Part shown: positions 13,001-25,000 of the stretch, in pieces | How the letters are laid out: each line of letters begins with the position of its first letter | How positions within the stretch are numbered: position 1 is the stretch's first letter | Program-made: the position numbers and the translations under genes | Source of the DNA: Leptogorgia sarmentosa | Lineage: Eukaryota | Length of the DNA: 64,000 bases | NCBI GenBank assembly: GCA_964658305.1 | Contig: OZ210884.1 | Coordinates: forward strand, 1,302,001-1,366,000 | Direction: 5' to 3' | The notes under the pieces: model-generated | Database searches by the model: none | What the model was told of the DNA's origin: nothing | The model's input: only the letters and a program-made list of their open reading frames with translations

Positions 13001-16000
13001 TGGTGTTTTCCTCCTCAAATACAGGCTTTAGTAGGTGTCCAAGTTGTGACGACTGGAATACACCTCTCAGTAAGGCCAATGTTTTGGAAGGATCAGCTGT
13101 GAGTTATCAAAAAGGTAGTAGGTGGTATTAAGTAGTATCGATTAGTATAAGTAGTATTTTTTTGTATTGTATGGTAAGTAGTATTGGAAACTTTAAAAAT
13201 TTTAATTCTGAAAATGGAATAAAATCCTAAAACCAATAAAAATCGTACCACATATCATTGATAACATATCAAAAATATGCAGAAATATATGGAATATTTG
13301 AATGACACAACAGGCAATTTAATACAAAGTTTCAAAGTTTTACCACGAACAAATTAACAAGTAATAAAAATTAGATGGGGATACCTGTATGCCACTCAAA
13401 CAACGGATGAACGATGCTACTCCATCGTCTTTATATATAGATTAGTGAGGTTCAGATTTGATTCCACTACCACTGCCGCTATATTTTTGTATTGCGAAAG
13501 GTAGTAGTGATAGTGGTAGCGGACACCGCATCCAGTACATCAATTATAAGTAACAACATTTACTTGGGAGAGATAAAATGGAAACAAGACGAAATCGTTC
13601 TTTGGTGGGTAGTAAGCGAAATAGAAATTATGCTTAATTTGAACTAATAATATACATAAAAGTATCACGCGACTTTGATTGCTTCATTTCAGTGCAGTTA
13701 ATCCCAAACGAGAGTGCAGTTTTCTATAATCACAGTGCCATCTTTTGTAATCAACAGAGCAATTTTCTGTAATCACAGTGCAATTTTCTGTAATCACATT
13801 GCAATTTTCTGTAATACAGTACAATTTTCTGTAATAACAGTGCAATATTCTGTAATCACAGTGCAAATTTCTGTTATCACTTTGAAATAATCAATTAGAG
13901 CTCAAATTATACATTGCTTCAAAATAAAACAAACATGGCTGCCGCGCTAAAAAAGTAAAAATTGTCTTCCGGTCGAAAATATAGCTTTAATCTCTTTCAA
14001 ATCATTCATTCATAGTGCGTTTTCAGTCGAACAGAGCTCAATTAATTTGATACGCCATGTTTTGCATATTTTAGACACATCAAGAAATACATGTATGGTC
14101 TTAAAATTAAAAGTAAAATCCAACTGCAATATATCGAAATCTAATTTAGTCCACCCCGGTCTAGTGAAAGTTATTTCTGCTTTTAAAAAGTTTGAGTTGT
14201 TTTGCTGGAAGTTATTATTAGTCAAACATGAGTACGTTTTTTTGGATACCCAGTACAGTAACTCGAAAAAAGCAATCAATGACTAATTCTTGTGCATCGA
14301 ACAATTACTCACAAACCCAATTCTCGCTATGAATCAGCAAATACAGTAGAACATCGCTAACTCGAACTCGCTTAACTCGAACTCCCTGCTAACTCGAACT
14401 AAATCCAATTCCCCCTGGATTTGATAGTACGTACATTTTATAGTAATTTACTCCGGTTAACTCGAAACCCCGCTAACTCGAGTTAGCGAGGTTCTACTGT
14501 AATTTTAATCAACATTCTGGCAAACTCTACCTGACCTTATTTTAAATACACCAACACGGGAAAAACCTCATCAGTGCGAAATATACTAACCTCCAACTTT
14601 TAGCAAAAGAACGTTGACCATATCTTTTATAATCCACGAAAACGGAAATTTTCCATTGAACCGACGTCCAGCCCCGGTACTCAAAACACGAGCTCGTTCT
14701 CTCAGTCGACGCGATACAGGAGAGATAAAAGAATCATAAGCTAGAGGAGTAATTACTTCGTCGTTGATCATTGTCAGCCACAATCTTGTTTTCCATTCCT
14801 TTCCTTCGCAGAGTAAATCCAGGTTCTGATTTTGATCACAGTATGCAATCACTTCAGAGAACATTGGAGAAACAATTGAAGAAAGTTTCTGCCATAACGC
14901 TTTTCTGAAAGTTCCAGTTTCCTGAAGATGTCCTTGACGCAGGGCTTCATGTTGTAACCACAGGCGCTGATCTTCAGGGCATCTTTCATCTCGTTGCAGA
15001 AGTAATTTGTGAATACGAGTGGAAAGAATTTCGGAAAGCTCTGAGAACAAAAATTACTAAAATTATTAAGAATTACCAATATTAGAGTGCGTGCCAGAAA
15101 TATGCAATAACCATGCATTGATGTATAATTTCTAAATCATTATTTAATTTATTGTACAACTCGTGTGGTGTGCTACCACTTGCTGTCAGATTAGTGTCAT
15201 CTGCAAACATGCTGGCAGTTGTTGATTTTAAACAATTTGGCAAATTATTTACGTATAACAGGAATAGTATCGGCCCTAGATTAGAGCCTTGAGGCACTCG
15301 ACAAGAAACTGTTCGACACTTCGATGTCGTTTGGTTAATTTTTATTTTTTTTAAAATTTTATTAATGTTTAATTTTTCTATCAAACACAACCAAAGGCCT
15401 TTTTTAGGTCAAGAAATAATTATAATGCCAGCTTATAGCCCCTTGTCCATATTTATTTACCACTGGTTCGTATTAGTATGGACGGAAGTTTGAGTTGTCC
15501 TGAAAATAGTTTTTCGAATACCTTAGCCTTCAAAATTTGTACTAAATATGTATATATAATATAGGTTGTATTGAATACAAATTAGGGCACTGGCGAATTC
15601 ATATTAACGAGTACCGAACAAAGATATTGCAAAGTGTACATCTAATGAGGTGACAAATTTCAGGCACGACCAGCAATATCAATTTCAATTCAACAGATGA
15701 TTTTACAGCTACATCAAGCCAAAGACGAATATAGGCTATAATTTCCAACAAATTTGTGCCTCTCTTTAAATTACAAACTATATTTCTTGAGATTAGCTTG
15801 TATATCGTACTCCATACTTTCATCCGATTAAATCAAATTGTGTGAAGAAAACTTATTTTTTCCGCGCAAGCCGTTTTTAACGGGCCTTTCAGTAACCACA
15901 TTTCCCATTCTAAAAAAGTTTGTTTTTAAAATAAACTTAGTGCTAGATATACCAGAGCGTGTTAAACTACCCATGCTAACCGAAAGTTTTTGAAAATTTT

Positions 16001-19000
16001 GAGCGCTCGTTAGTTTAGAGAATGTTTTTCATCGGTAAACTTTTTTTTGATACACCCTGTATAATAGTTACTAAAATGTAATCATTTTCAAACCTGTTTC
16101 TTTCGAGTCGTCTTCGGGCAACCATGTAAGCAATATCTCAATACGTTTTGTCCCCCTGTCGACATCACCTGACTCATCGTAAATTCTTGCAGCAGCCGCT
16201 TGTACACAGTTTTTCAGCAATAATGTCGGTTTGATTTTCTCCTGATTTCTTTCTTCTTCATTGTCATGCTGCAGTAAACAAAATTACTGAGTGTAGGTGA
16301 AGGTACCATAAGATGAATTAATTCGGAAATACAGTATGCAATAGAAGTCAAGTTCCAGTTACTACTTCAACGGTAAAACATAATTCGACGTTTCGAGCAA
16401 CGGTCCTTTATCGCGAACACACAGGAGGCATTTGCCTGAAAAAGGCCTTTGCTCCAAACGTGGAATCTTTTTGTATCGTTTAAGTAGCGAGTGGAACTTG
16501 TGCTGCATTTTGATGTTTTTATCCGCTACCTAAACTCGCCACCTAGCGAAATAAAAATAAAAAAAGAACTTTTAACATTGGGCCGAGAACTATTGGAACT
16601 TTCTTCAAATCATCATAAGTTAGTGAGCTACTACTAATCATCCCGGTTTAAGTTCCACAGAGAGGAGCAATTTCCATTTGACAAGTTTTGTTTGTTAGTG
16701 TGTGCGGCAAAAAAAGACAAGATTTTCTTGACAAGGAGCATGGAAACAGGAAAGGAAAAACAGGAAACAGGAAAAACAGGAACCAGGAAAAATTAAGAAC
16801 GTATAGTTCACACTGCACACATGGATGGCCTTCTTAAATATCTATGGTAGATATGGATGCAAAATTCAGCTAGGCTTGCCCAACAGGTCAAGAAAAAATT
16901 GTCGTACACACGAGAAAGTAAACTTGTCAGAAATTTGTCAAAAATTGCTCGTCTTCACCCAGGATAAACCGTAGAAATATGTGCGTTCGGTTACAAGCTG
17001 CGTCGTTCACATTTTATTCTAAAAGGGTATTTGGTTGTTCAGGTTTTGCGCGCCAAACAGTGATTACTGGTAAATTAGATACATTGCATGCTTCTTTTTA
17101 ATTACCTCCACATTCTCCACAACTACTTCTTCGCTGCCATCAAGGTTTTGATCAACATCCATGTCTTCATCATCATCAGCTCTTGCTGGGTTTATTGACT
17201 GAAACAAATCACTCAACGACCGATTCACAAGCTGTTCAATATGCGGAAGCTGTTCATTCGACTCCAAAAGCTCGTCGATATGAACTGACTCCCATTTTCC
17301 ACCTTGGAATCCTACAAAATGCTGACATCCTCCGGCAATCTTTGGTAACTGGATGATGAAGACGATGTGGATAGGTTTGACAGATCTGTCGAAGTTTTCC
17401 ACTGTACGACGTCGTGTTTCATCGACAAGATATCGACAACAGGCAATGAGGTTGAAATTCGTCTCACCATTATCACATTGAACAAGCAGAAGACCTTCGG
17501 CACCACCGAGTGAGACAAAGAAATCTCTACATTAAAGTTACGAAAGTATTGGGCTATTTACCACAATCCAATTTCCAAGTATAAAAATCAATGGCAAGGG
17601 AAAATGGTAAAAATATCACCACAGAAATATTAAAACAGTAAAGGTATAAAGAGAGACCAAATAATTTCGATTTGAGGGAAATGACAGAACAACTGTTTCT
17701 GACAATACAAGGTGAGTAATTTAGAAAGAATGATGGAGTAATTTTAACTCTTCAAACGAGAAATTATTAATTACAATTAGATAATAGTATCCAAAAGTTT
17801 TAAGCATTTATGATTAGTGAAGTTAAAGGTGGCGATGCAACAAAATTATAATGCATCCACTGATCCACATGTATAACCTCAACACTTACTCCAATGTTTT
17901 GGTGAATTGTTGCTCTGTATGAAATTCCTGAAGGCTGATGCAACGAGATAGCGGAGGTTTGAAGCCAGCAGCTGAGGTTATGAGCCGCGAACTCGCCTGA
18001 GATAGCAGTCGAGAGTGAGTGGTAACCTGACAAAAAAAGACAAATGGCCTTTTTAATGAACAGACGAGTGGAGAAGCATTCTGAGTAGTAGTGTTTCAGA
18101 GTACATCTGGTGCCGGAGGTAATTATTATGCAGAGAAGGATTAACTAAGAATCCAAGGATAGTGCAAAGTTTCTACGAAAATATCGAGCTAAAGTTGATG
18201 TTACACTGGACGATTTTCGACGCTTGGCAAGCCTGTCCTGTTGCGATGCGAATTGTCGTTAAAAATCATTCCACGTAACATCAGCTCAAAGAAAAGCTTG
18301 ATGTAACACAATAAAACAATTTTAAAAATTTTATAGCCAAAAAAGAGCTGGGTTTAAAAACTAAAGAGGAAATCCGCACATTCAAATTTCTCTGTCTGAC
18401 CTCTGTCCTTCAACAGCCGTTGAACAAAGACCTCAACGGGTAGTACCCAATATTTCTCAATTGAGAACACGGGTAATGCCCACGCTGGACTATCGCCTAA
18501 GCTTGCTGGTCGGCGTTTCAGTATTACTCTTGATATAGTTATATTAGTGTTAGATATATAAACCATTTTTCTATATACTAAGAATTTCCTTAATCCCAAC
18601 CCAAACCCTAGAATCCTAACCCTGACCATTGTGGTCAGAAAAATATTGAGGAAGAAAAAGTTTTCTTCACCAACGCTGAAAAAATGTGTCGAACTCGGGT
18701 TTGACCTATAGAACTGCAACGCACGCACCGCGCGCCTTACCACTTGAGCTAAATCGAGCTCGCTGCTCACCACTCTGGCTTGGCTAAATGCATATGATTA
18801 TAGACCCTGGCAATCACTGTTCATAATTTACCAGTCCAGGCTACTTAGACGATAGTCCAGCGCGGGCATTACCCATGTTCTCAATTGAGAAATATCGGGT
18901 ACTACCCGTTGAGGTCTTTGTTTAACGGGTGCCACGCTGGACTATCGCCTAAGTAGCCTGGCCTGGTAAATTATGAACAGTGATTGCCCGGGTCTATAAT

Positions 19001-22000
19001 CATATGCATTTAGCCAGGCCAGAGTGGTGAGCAGCGAGCTCGATTTAGCTCAAGTGGTAAGGCGCGCGGTGCGTGCGTTGCAGCTCTATAGTTCAAGCCC
19101 CAGTTCGACACATTTTTTCAGCGTTAGTGATGAAAACTTTTTTTCCTCAATATTTTTCTGACCACAATGGTCAGGGTTAGGATTCTAGGGTTTGGGTTGG
19201 GATTAAGGAAATTCTTAGAATATAGAAAAACGGTTTATATCTAACACTAATATAACAATATCAAGAGTAATACTGAAACGTCGACCAGCAATCTTAGGCG
19301 ATAGTCCAGCGTGGGCATTACCCGTGTTCTCAATTGAGAAATATTGGGTACTACCCGTTGAGGTCTTTGTTCAACGGCTGAGCGTGGGCATTACCCATGT
19401 TCTCAATTGAGAAATATCGGGTACTACCCGTTGAGGTCTTTGTTTAACGGGTGCGAGTTTACTGTGTTACTGCATCAAGTGTACCCTCAAGGCAAAGACA
19501 AAAAATGTTTGCACATTTATAATATCCACGGCAGCATTTGATAATATGGGCTATGGCCATTTTTGTTCATGACAAACCTATACATGTTTTCTAGATTCAT
19601 AGCAGATATTCAAATAACATTTTAACCGCTTTGGCAAGATATTCAAACATTGTTGAAACTTAGCAACATAGTCATTATAATGACTGATTCAAGGTCCCAC
19701 TCTTTACCGTCCGCCATATTGTGTACACAAATATTTCATCCCTCGAACACGTTCGCAAAAATCAAAATTCCGGAGGGGCTTTGCGGCATTATGTACTATA
19801 GCTTGAGGCATCTTATATCACATTACTTGTCTAGCTAACTTTCTTATCCATAAGAATAACTGCAAACAATGATGAACAATAGTATAACGTTACAATTGGA
19901 TAATATTTGTTTAAATATTGTAAGGATATAAGGCAACTACGGAGTTTCGCACAACGGGAGAATTTGGGACGGGCCCCCGGAGTTTACACTATGAATGAAT
20001 TTGTCTATGACTGATGTGAATTTTGCCACTCATCACAATACTGCAAAGTTTCTTTGAAGTTTTGAAGGTTAGACGTTTCTTTGAAACTTTGCACTAAAAA
20101 CCCATGTATTTGTACTTGGAAAGTTTTCCTCTGGGTAGTAAAATTCGCTTTTCACTATTTCGCTATCGTCGGAATACATTTTATAATTATTTTCTTTTCA
20201 TTATTTAAAATTTAACTCCTCGGTTCGTTTTGGCGCGAAAATGCGAGAGGTCCGCGTACCGCGAGATACGGACATCTCGGCAACCAATCAGAAAGCTCTA
20301 TTTAGGTTACGGACCAGGAGTTACGGAACGGAAAAAAATAAAAGCTGATATTTTCCCATTTCCGATCGTGTTGCCATCACAACAACCTCAGGCAGCTTTC
20401 GAAGTACTTCATGTTCCAAAAATATAGTTGGGGTTGCTGCATATATATATATTTCTAGTTAAATATTTTAAAAAGCTCAACCTGGACAAGAGATCCGTAG
20501 GCGTCAGTATCCTTAATATTTCCCAAGCAATGAACCACATAATCTTTCAAACTCCCATGTCTCTGATTTTTGAAATACTCTGTCCAAAGATCCTCGGCAT
20601 CGTGCTTTAATTTTGTCGCTCTTAGTCTGGCAATAGCATCAGGTGACGCAGTCTGCAACAACGTGCGTTTTGATTGGGGAAGAACCTAAAGGAATAAATG
20701 TTAGAATGAACAAATTTGAAAGAAACAGGAAAAAAATGTTTAGGAAAGTCAATATTGGAACAACAATTTATTCTGTATCGTTCTGTTCGGTTCCCGATCA
20801 GAGAAGAAAACAAGGCGACAAGCAAATTACACAACCTAAACCGGATATAGTCTCTATTTTCAAGTAAATTTATTTATATACATATATTTATATGAATTCT
20901 TGGCCTCATTGGGGAGTTAAATGCATTGTAATTCGAACATGCAGCAATAGCGCTCGAATTCAAGGGGTAGCCTTTTTTTGGGACAAAATATTGACAAGCT
21001 TCGCACCGTGACTCGGGTATGCATGTAAACAAAAGGAATGCACGAGAATTTTGCAATATTCTCTGTGCGTGCGATAAATAGTACCTGAGACCGTTCGCCT
21101 GTCTGTCGCATAGAGAAGCTAGCAGGAAAAATTCTTACCTGCTTGTTAGATTCTTGATCGTGAAGGGCGGAAATTTTTATTACTACAGCTGCAGCAGTAT
21201 CACTGTGGTAACCAACAAAACAATCACCAGGTTTGAATAAGCTATAAATTTGGAGAAATGATGAAAATTGTGAGCTCAAGCTACTGTAGTAAGTAATCAC
21301 ACCGTAAAAACCGATGTAAAGTAGACTGGCAGAGATATGTGCCTGAATTGTTTCATGCGTCTGAGCATATGAGTTTTGCGGAATATTTTAGCAATCAATA
21401 ACTATATTATGCCACTACAGCAATATAAAATTAATAGTTCTACTGCACCTCTGACCGAATGAGTACTCAGGTTTTGCATCTGAAAAGTCCTGGACCCACT
21501 TCTCTAATTCTTTAACCAAGGCAGCTTGATTTTCTGTTAGGCCAGTTGACATTACAAGTAAATGCTTTTCCAGTCGATTGATAAGAGGAATTGGGAAACG
21601 CTGATAAACGACGTCCTTTTCAGCGACTACGATCAACCTGTACAACACAAAATGTAGAATTAAAAAGGTAACTGCTGAGCAATCGTCCAGGCTTCAGACC
21701 TTTTACAACAATTCCCAAATCGTCTAAGATGAAAACCCTTTCAATGCTTGAAAGACCATACCATGCAACCGGAAATAAAAAAAAATAGTACAGGAAAATT
21801 GTCTGGATGTCTAAAATTTCCCAAGGGAGATCAAAAACGTCAGTTTTCTGTGAATCTCGAAATGATCGCTTGAGAAATGATTGCTTTCTAAATTAATCTG
21901 TTTATAGTTGCGATATGATAAGATAATTAAATTTGGCCAATTTATTAATCTTAAGATGTCCTCTCAATTTTCTCACTACTACTAGCGCTTTTTCTTGCAA

Positions 22001-25000
22001 ACGTTTAAATTTCCTTTTGTTTGCAGGAAAATTTACAAGCAAGTGGAAGCCTGGATATAATTTGCTCTGTAAAAAAAATCTACGAATACTTCATACTCCT
22101 AAAATATAGCTGCATTCTTGTCCAGTAAGGCGGGGGTTGTTGCATGCATGTATTTCCAGTCAATAAATGGCAAAGCGTTGCAGTACGACACGTATTTTGT
22201 TGACAGAAACTCACTTAAACTTGTCCGCCACTCGACATTTCACTCTGTGGTTGCCCAGACCAAGATCAACATATTTTTGTTTATCCAGATATACATAGTA
22301 CTAAAGAAATACAGATACACGTTTCGATAGTTTCGATCATACAATGGTTGGTCTATTATCAACACTACAGGGTGTATCAAAAACGTTTACAGTTGAAAAA
22401 ATTTCCCTAACTAACGAGCGCGCAAAATTTGCGAAAAGTTTCAGATAGCATGGGTAATTAAGTTAAAATTAATTTTAACTTAATTGGTTTATGGCGGAAG
22501 CTCAAGACGACCAAGCTAGCGATTCTTCGCAAAAAGCTTTTGTATACCTGCAACCTTGGTGCTATTTTGGAAGAATGCAAAAGAATGTTATTCTTGCAGC
22601 CGTAAACTCATTGTCAGCACAAGCTGATTCGGCAACCCAAATAGTGTTTGAGATACAGCCAGATAGCTACGCCTTCAAGAAGAAAGGGAACGAACGGCAG
22701 TTTATTCTTGATGGCAAAGTTATCCAGAATAGTAACTCTGCGTTGAAAGCTTTAGAAGGTCCAAATATTGCGATAAAGCCAAGGAGAAGCTATCTGAGAA
22801 TATTTCTTTAATTAATAATTGGCCGAAAATCATGTAATCAGCGGATAAGTCGGGATTTGGTTGGGCTATGGTTCAAACATATTCTCCTGATGAATAGGCT
22901 GACAATGGGGCCGACGCCTCAATGGGGCCGCGACTGTTTATTTTTTTTATTCGAAGTCGCGGCAACTGTCCTTTTGGCTCGCTAATGTTGACAATATCAA
23001 TGAAAGGCCCAAGTTGCCCAAATCCGGCGCTGTTGCTGTCGTCCATTCCGGTTTGTTGTTTGGTGTATTTCAATGTGGTTCTGCATTGGTATATAATTGA
23101 TAGGAAAATTATGCGTTCTCAACATAATGTTCTCGACATAAAAATAACTTTCGGCAGTTAAAGTTTGTTCTTCTTTGGACGCTAAATTAATTATTCGGAT
23201 TAACCGTTAACTTTGAGAATCAAGACTTAACCTTTAGGATGTTGGCTTTAGGGGTCGATTTTGGTAAATGCATGTGTCCGGTACGATTGTGTGTTTATAA
23301 AATCATATTGTTTGCTTTATTAAAGCTTTTATGCTAGTTGTCTATCTGCACACTGAATGGAAGTTGACTACAATTATATTCACAAATATGGTCGTAATAA
23401 ATTGTTCAACTTATATTGTCGTTTTTGCTCCCTTCGTTGTACTCTTGGTGTGTGCATCCTCCAGTGAGTTCACAATAGCAAGGTGTGTTATGATTTTGTG
23501 TCTGGAATGATGCATGGAGCTTAGAATTAATATGCAGAAATATAGATAAGAGATGTATTTTTCCGCGCTTTGTAACAGTTATAGATAAAAAAAATAATGC
23601 TCTTATCCGTATGAATGCCCAAGGGATTTGGGGAGTACATTTTAAGCTGTGCTCGTAGGGTATGTTAGTATTCAATTGGTATCTTCACGCGGTCTTCACT
23701 GCATGGTGTCTCTGGCGCGCGCGTTGTATTTAAATTAATTTCATGACGTGTACATAATTATGTCTTGCACGCGCTTTAAGTGTTAAATATTCTCTGATGA
23801 TGGCCAGAGTGTTACCATTGATATATACTAAGACTGGATAGTGCATCTGCTATGAGTAAATGAAGCCACTGGCGGCCATATTGAATGGCCCCACTCAAAT
23901 CTATTTTGGTGTTGGAGAAATGTCTGAAAAGTTTCTTTTCGTTTCGTTGCTGGTGCTAATGGAAAAACACTTTAGTAGTTGGTCTTATTGCTTGCTAAAT
24001 TTGCCAATAAATGAGTAATTGGGGCCATCCAATATGGCTGGCGAAAGCCTCATTATGTGTGTAATATTCAAGAAATAGATAACGAGTCGCGTGCCATTAT
24101 GCTGTTATAATGCACGAGGGAAATGTTGGGAGAATACGAGAGAATCGCGTAAAACACGAGGCGTAGCCGAGTGTTTTACGCGATTCTCGAGTATTCTCAC
24201 AACATTGCCCGAGTGCAATTATAACAGCATAATGGCACGCGACGAGTTTTTCTATTTCTTTTATAATATAAGAGAATATTAGCGCAACAAATAACTTCGT
24301 TAGGAAGATCAAAATTACAATTCTCTTTACATGTAATCAAGCGTGTTCTCAAATGTTGCCAAGCAACAACACTGCTTTATTCCTTTAGCTGAGCGAAAGC
24401 AAACATTTCAAGCGTTTTTTATGGATGTATTTTTAGTATATATGTATTTTTATTGTCTTTTTTCAAACCAAAGAGTCGCGGGAGAAATTTAATAGCTAGA
24501 TGCGTGCATTACGCTGTTATAACGCACGCTCATTAGCCAATCACGTTGCAGATTTTACCCTACTTATATTATAATACGAAATATTTGAAGCTGTATTTCA
24601 CAAGCTACATCGGAAAATGTGTTTGCCTACCTAACTTAAAAAGCAAGCGCTTTATCTTCGTCCAAAATTTGACACATTTATAAACCGAATCTCATTAAAA
24701 ATATTCCGGCTTCAAAACTGAGTCTCTAAACACAATAGGATGTGCGATCCAGTATTAGTATAGATCAGTGAGTGTGACAGGTCGGAAGCTCATATCTTTA
24801 CTATCAATATATTTAGAGTTGCCGTATTTCAGGCGTTTTCGCCCAACCAATAACTCCACGTTCGTGGTCCTTCTTACACAACAGCTCGAGGGCATTTAAA
24901 GATATTGTTGAGATGTGTCGAAGATCAGAGTGCACAGGCAGGGGGAACAACCGCTGCTGCAAATGTTCGTATCCGAAACAGGATGTTCAAAAGGATGGAT

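Noticed and set aside
13400..13443. Helitron terminus (TTTATATATAGAT with nearby hairpin)
   Set aside because: Only one end is visible and the motif is too low-complexity to support.
13715..13882. CRISPR-like array
   Set aside because: Head-to-tail 21-bp units without unique spacers, in a eukaryotic intron; a minisatellite.
18354..18773. 139-aa ORF (and its 37120-37326 twin) as a gene
   Set aside because: Spurious frame through a non-coding TIR element; no recognisable domain.
19040..19109. Functional tRNA gene
   Set aside because: Anticodon arm and B-box are non-canonical, copies differ, and it is embedded in a transposon.
19168..19210. Interstitial telomere (also ~49595-49655)
   Set aside because: Only a few degenerate GGGTTA units inside repeat elements.
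23790..23820. Hammerhead at CTGATGATGG
   Set aside because: No downstream GAAA or closing stems; likewise for CTGATGA near 22887, 52450, 54939 and 63020.
24091..24312. Repeated ORFs MPLCCYNARG... / MIFLTK... on both strands
   Set aside because: By-product of the palindromic repeat present three times.
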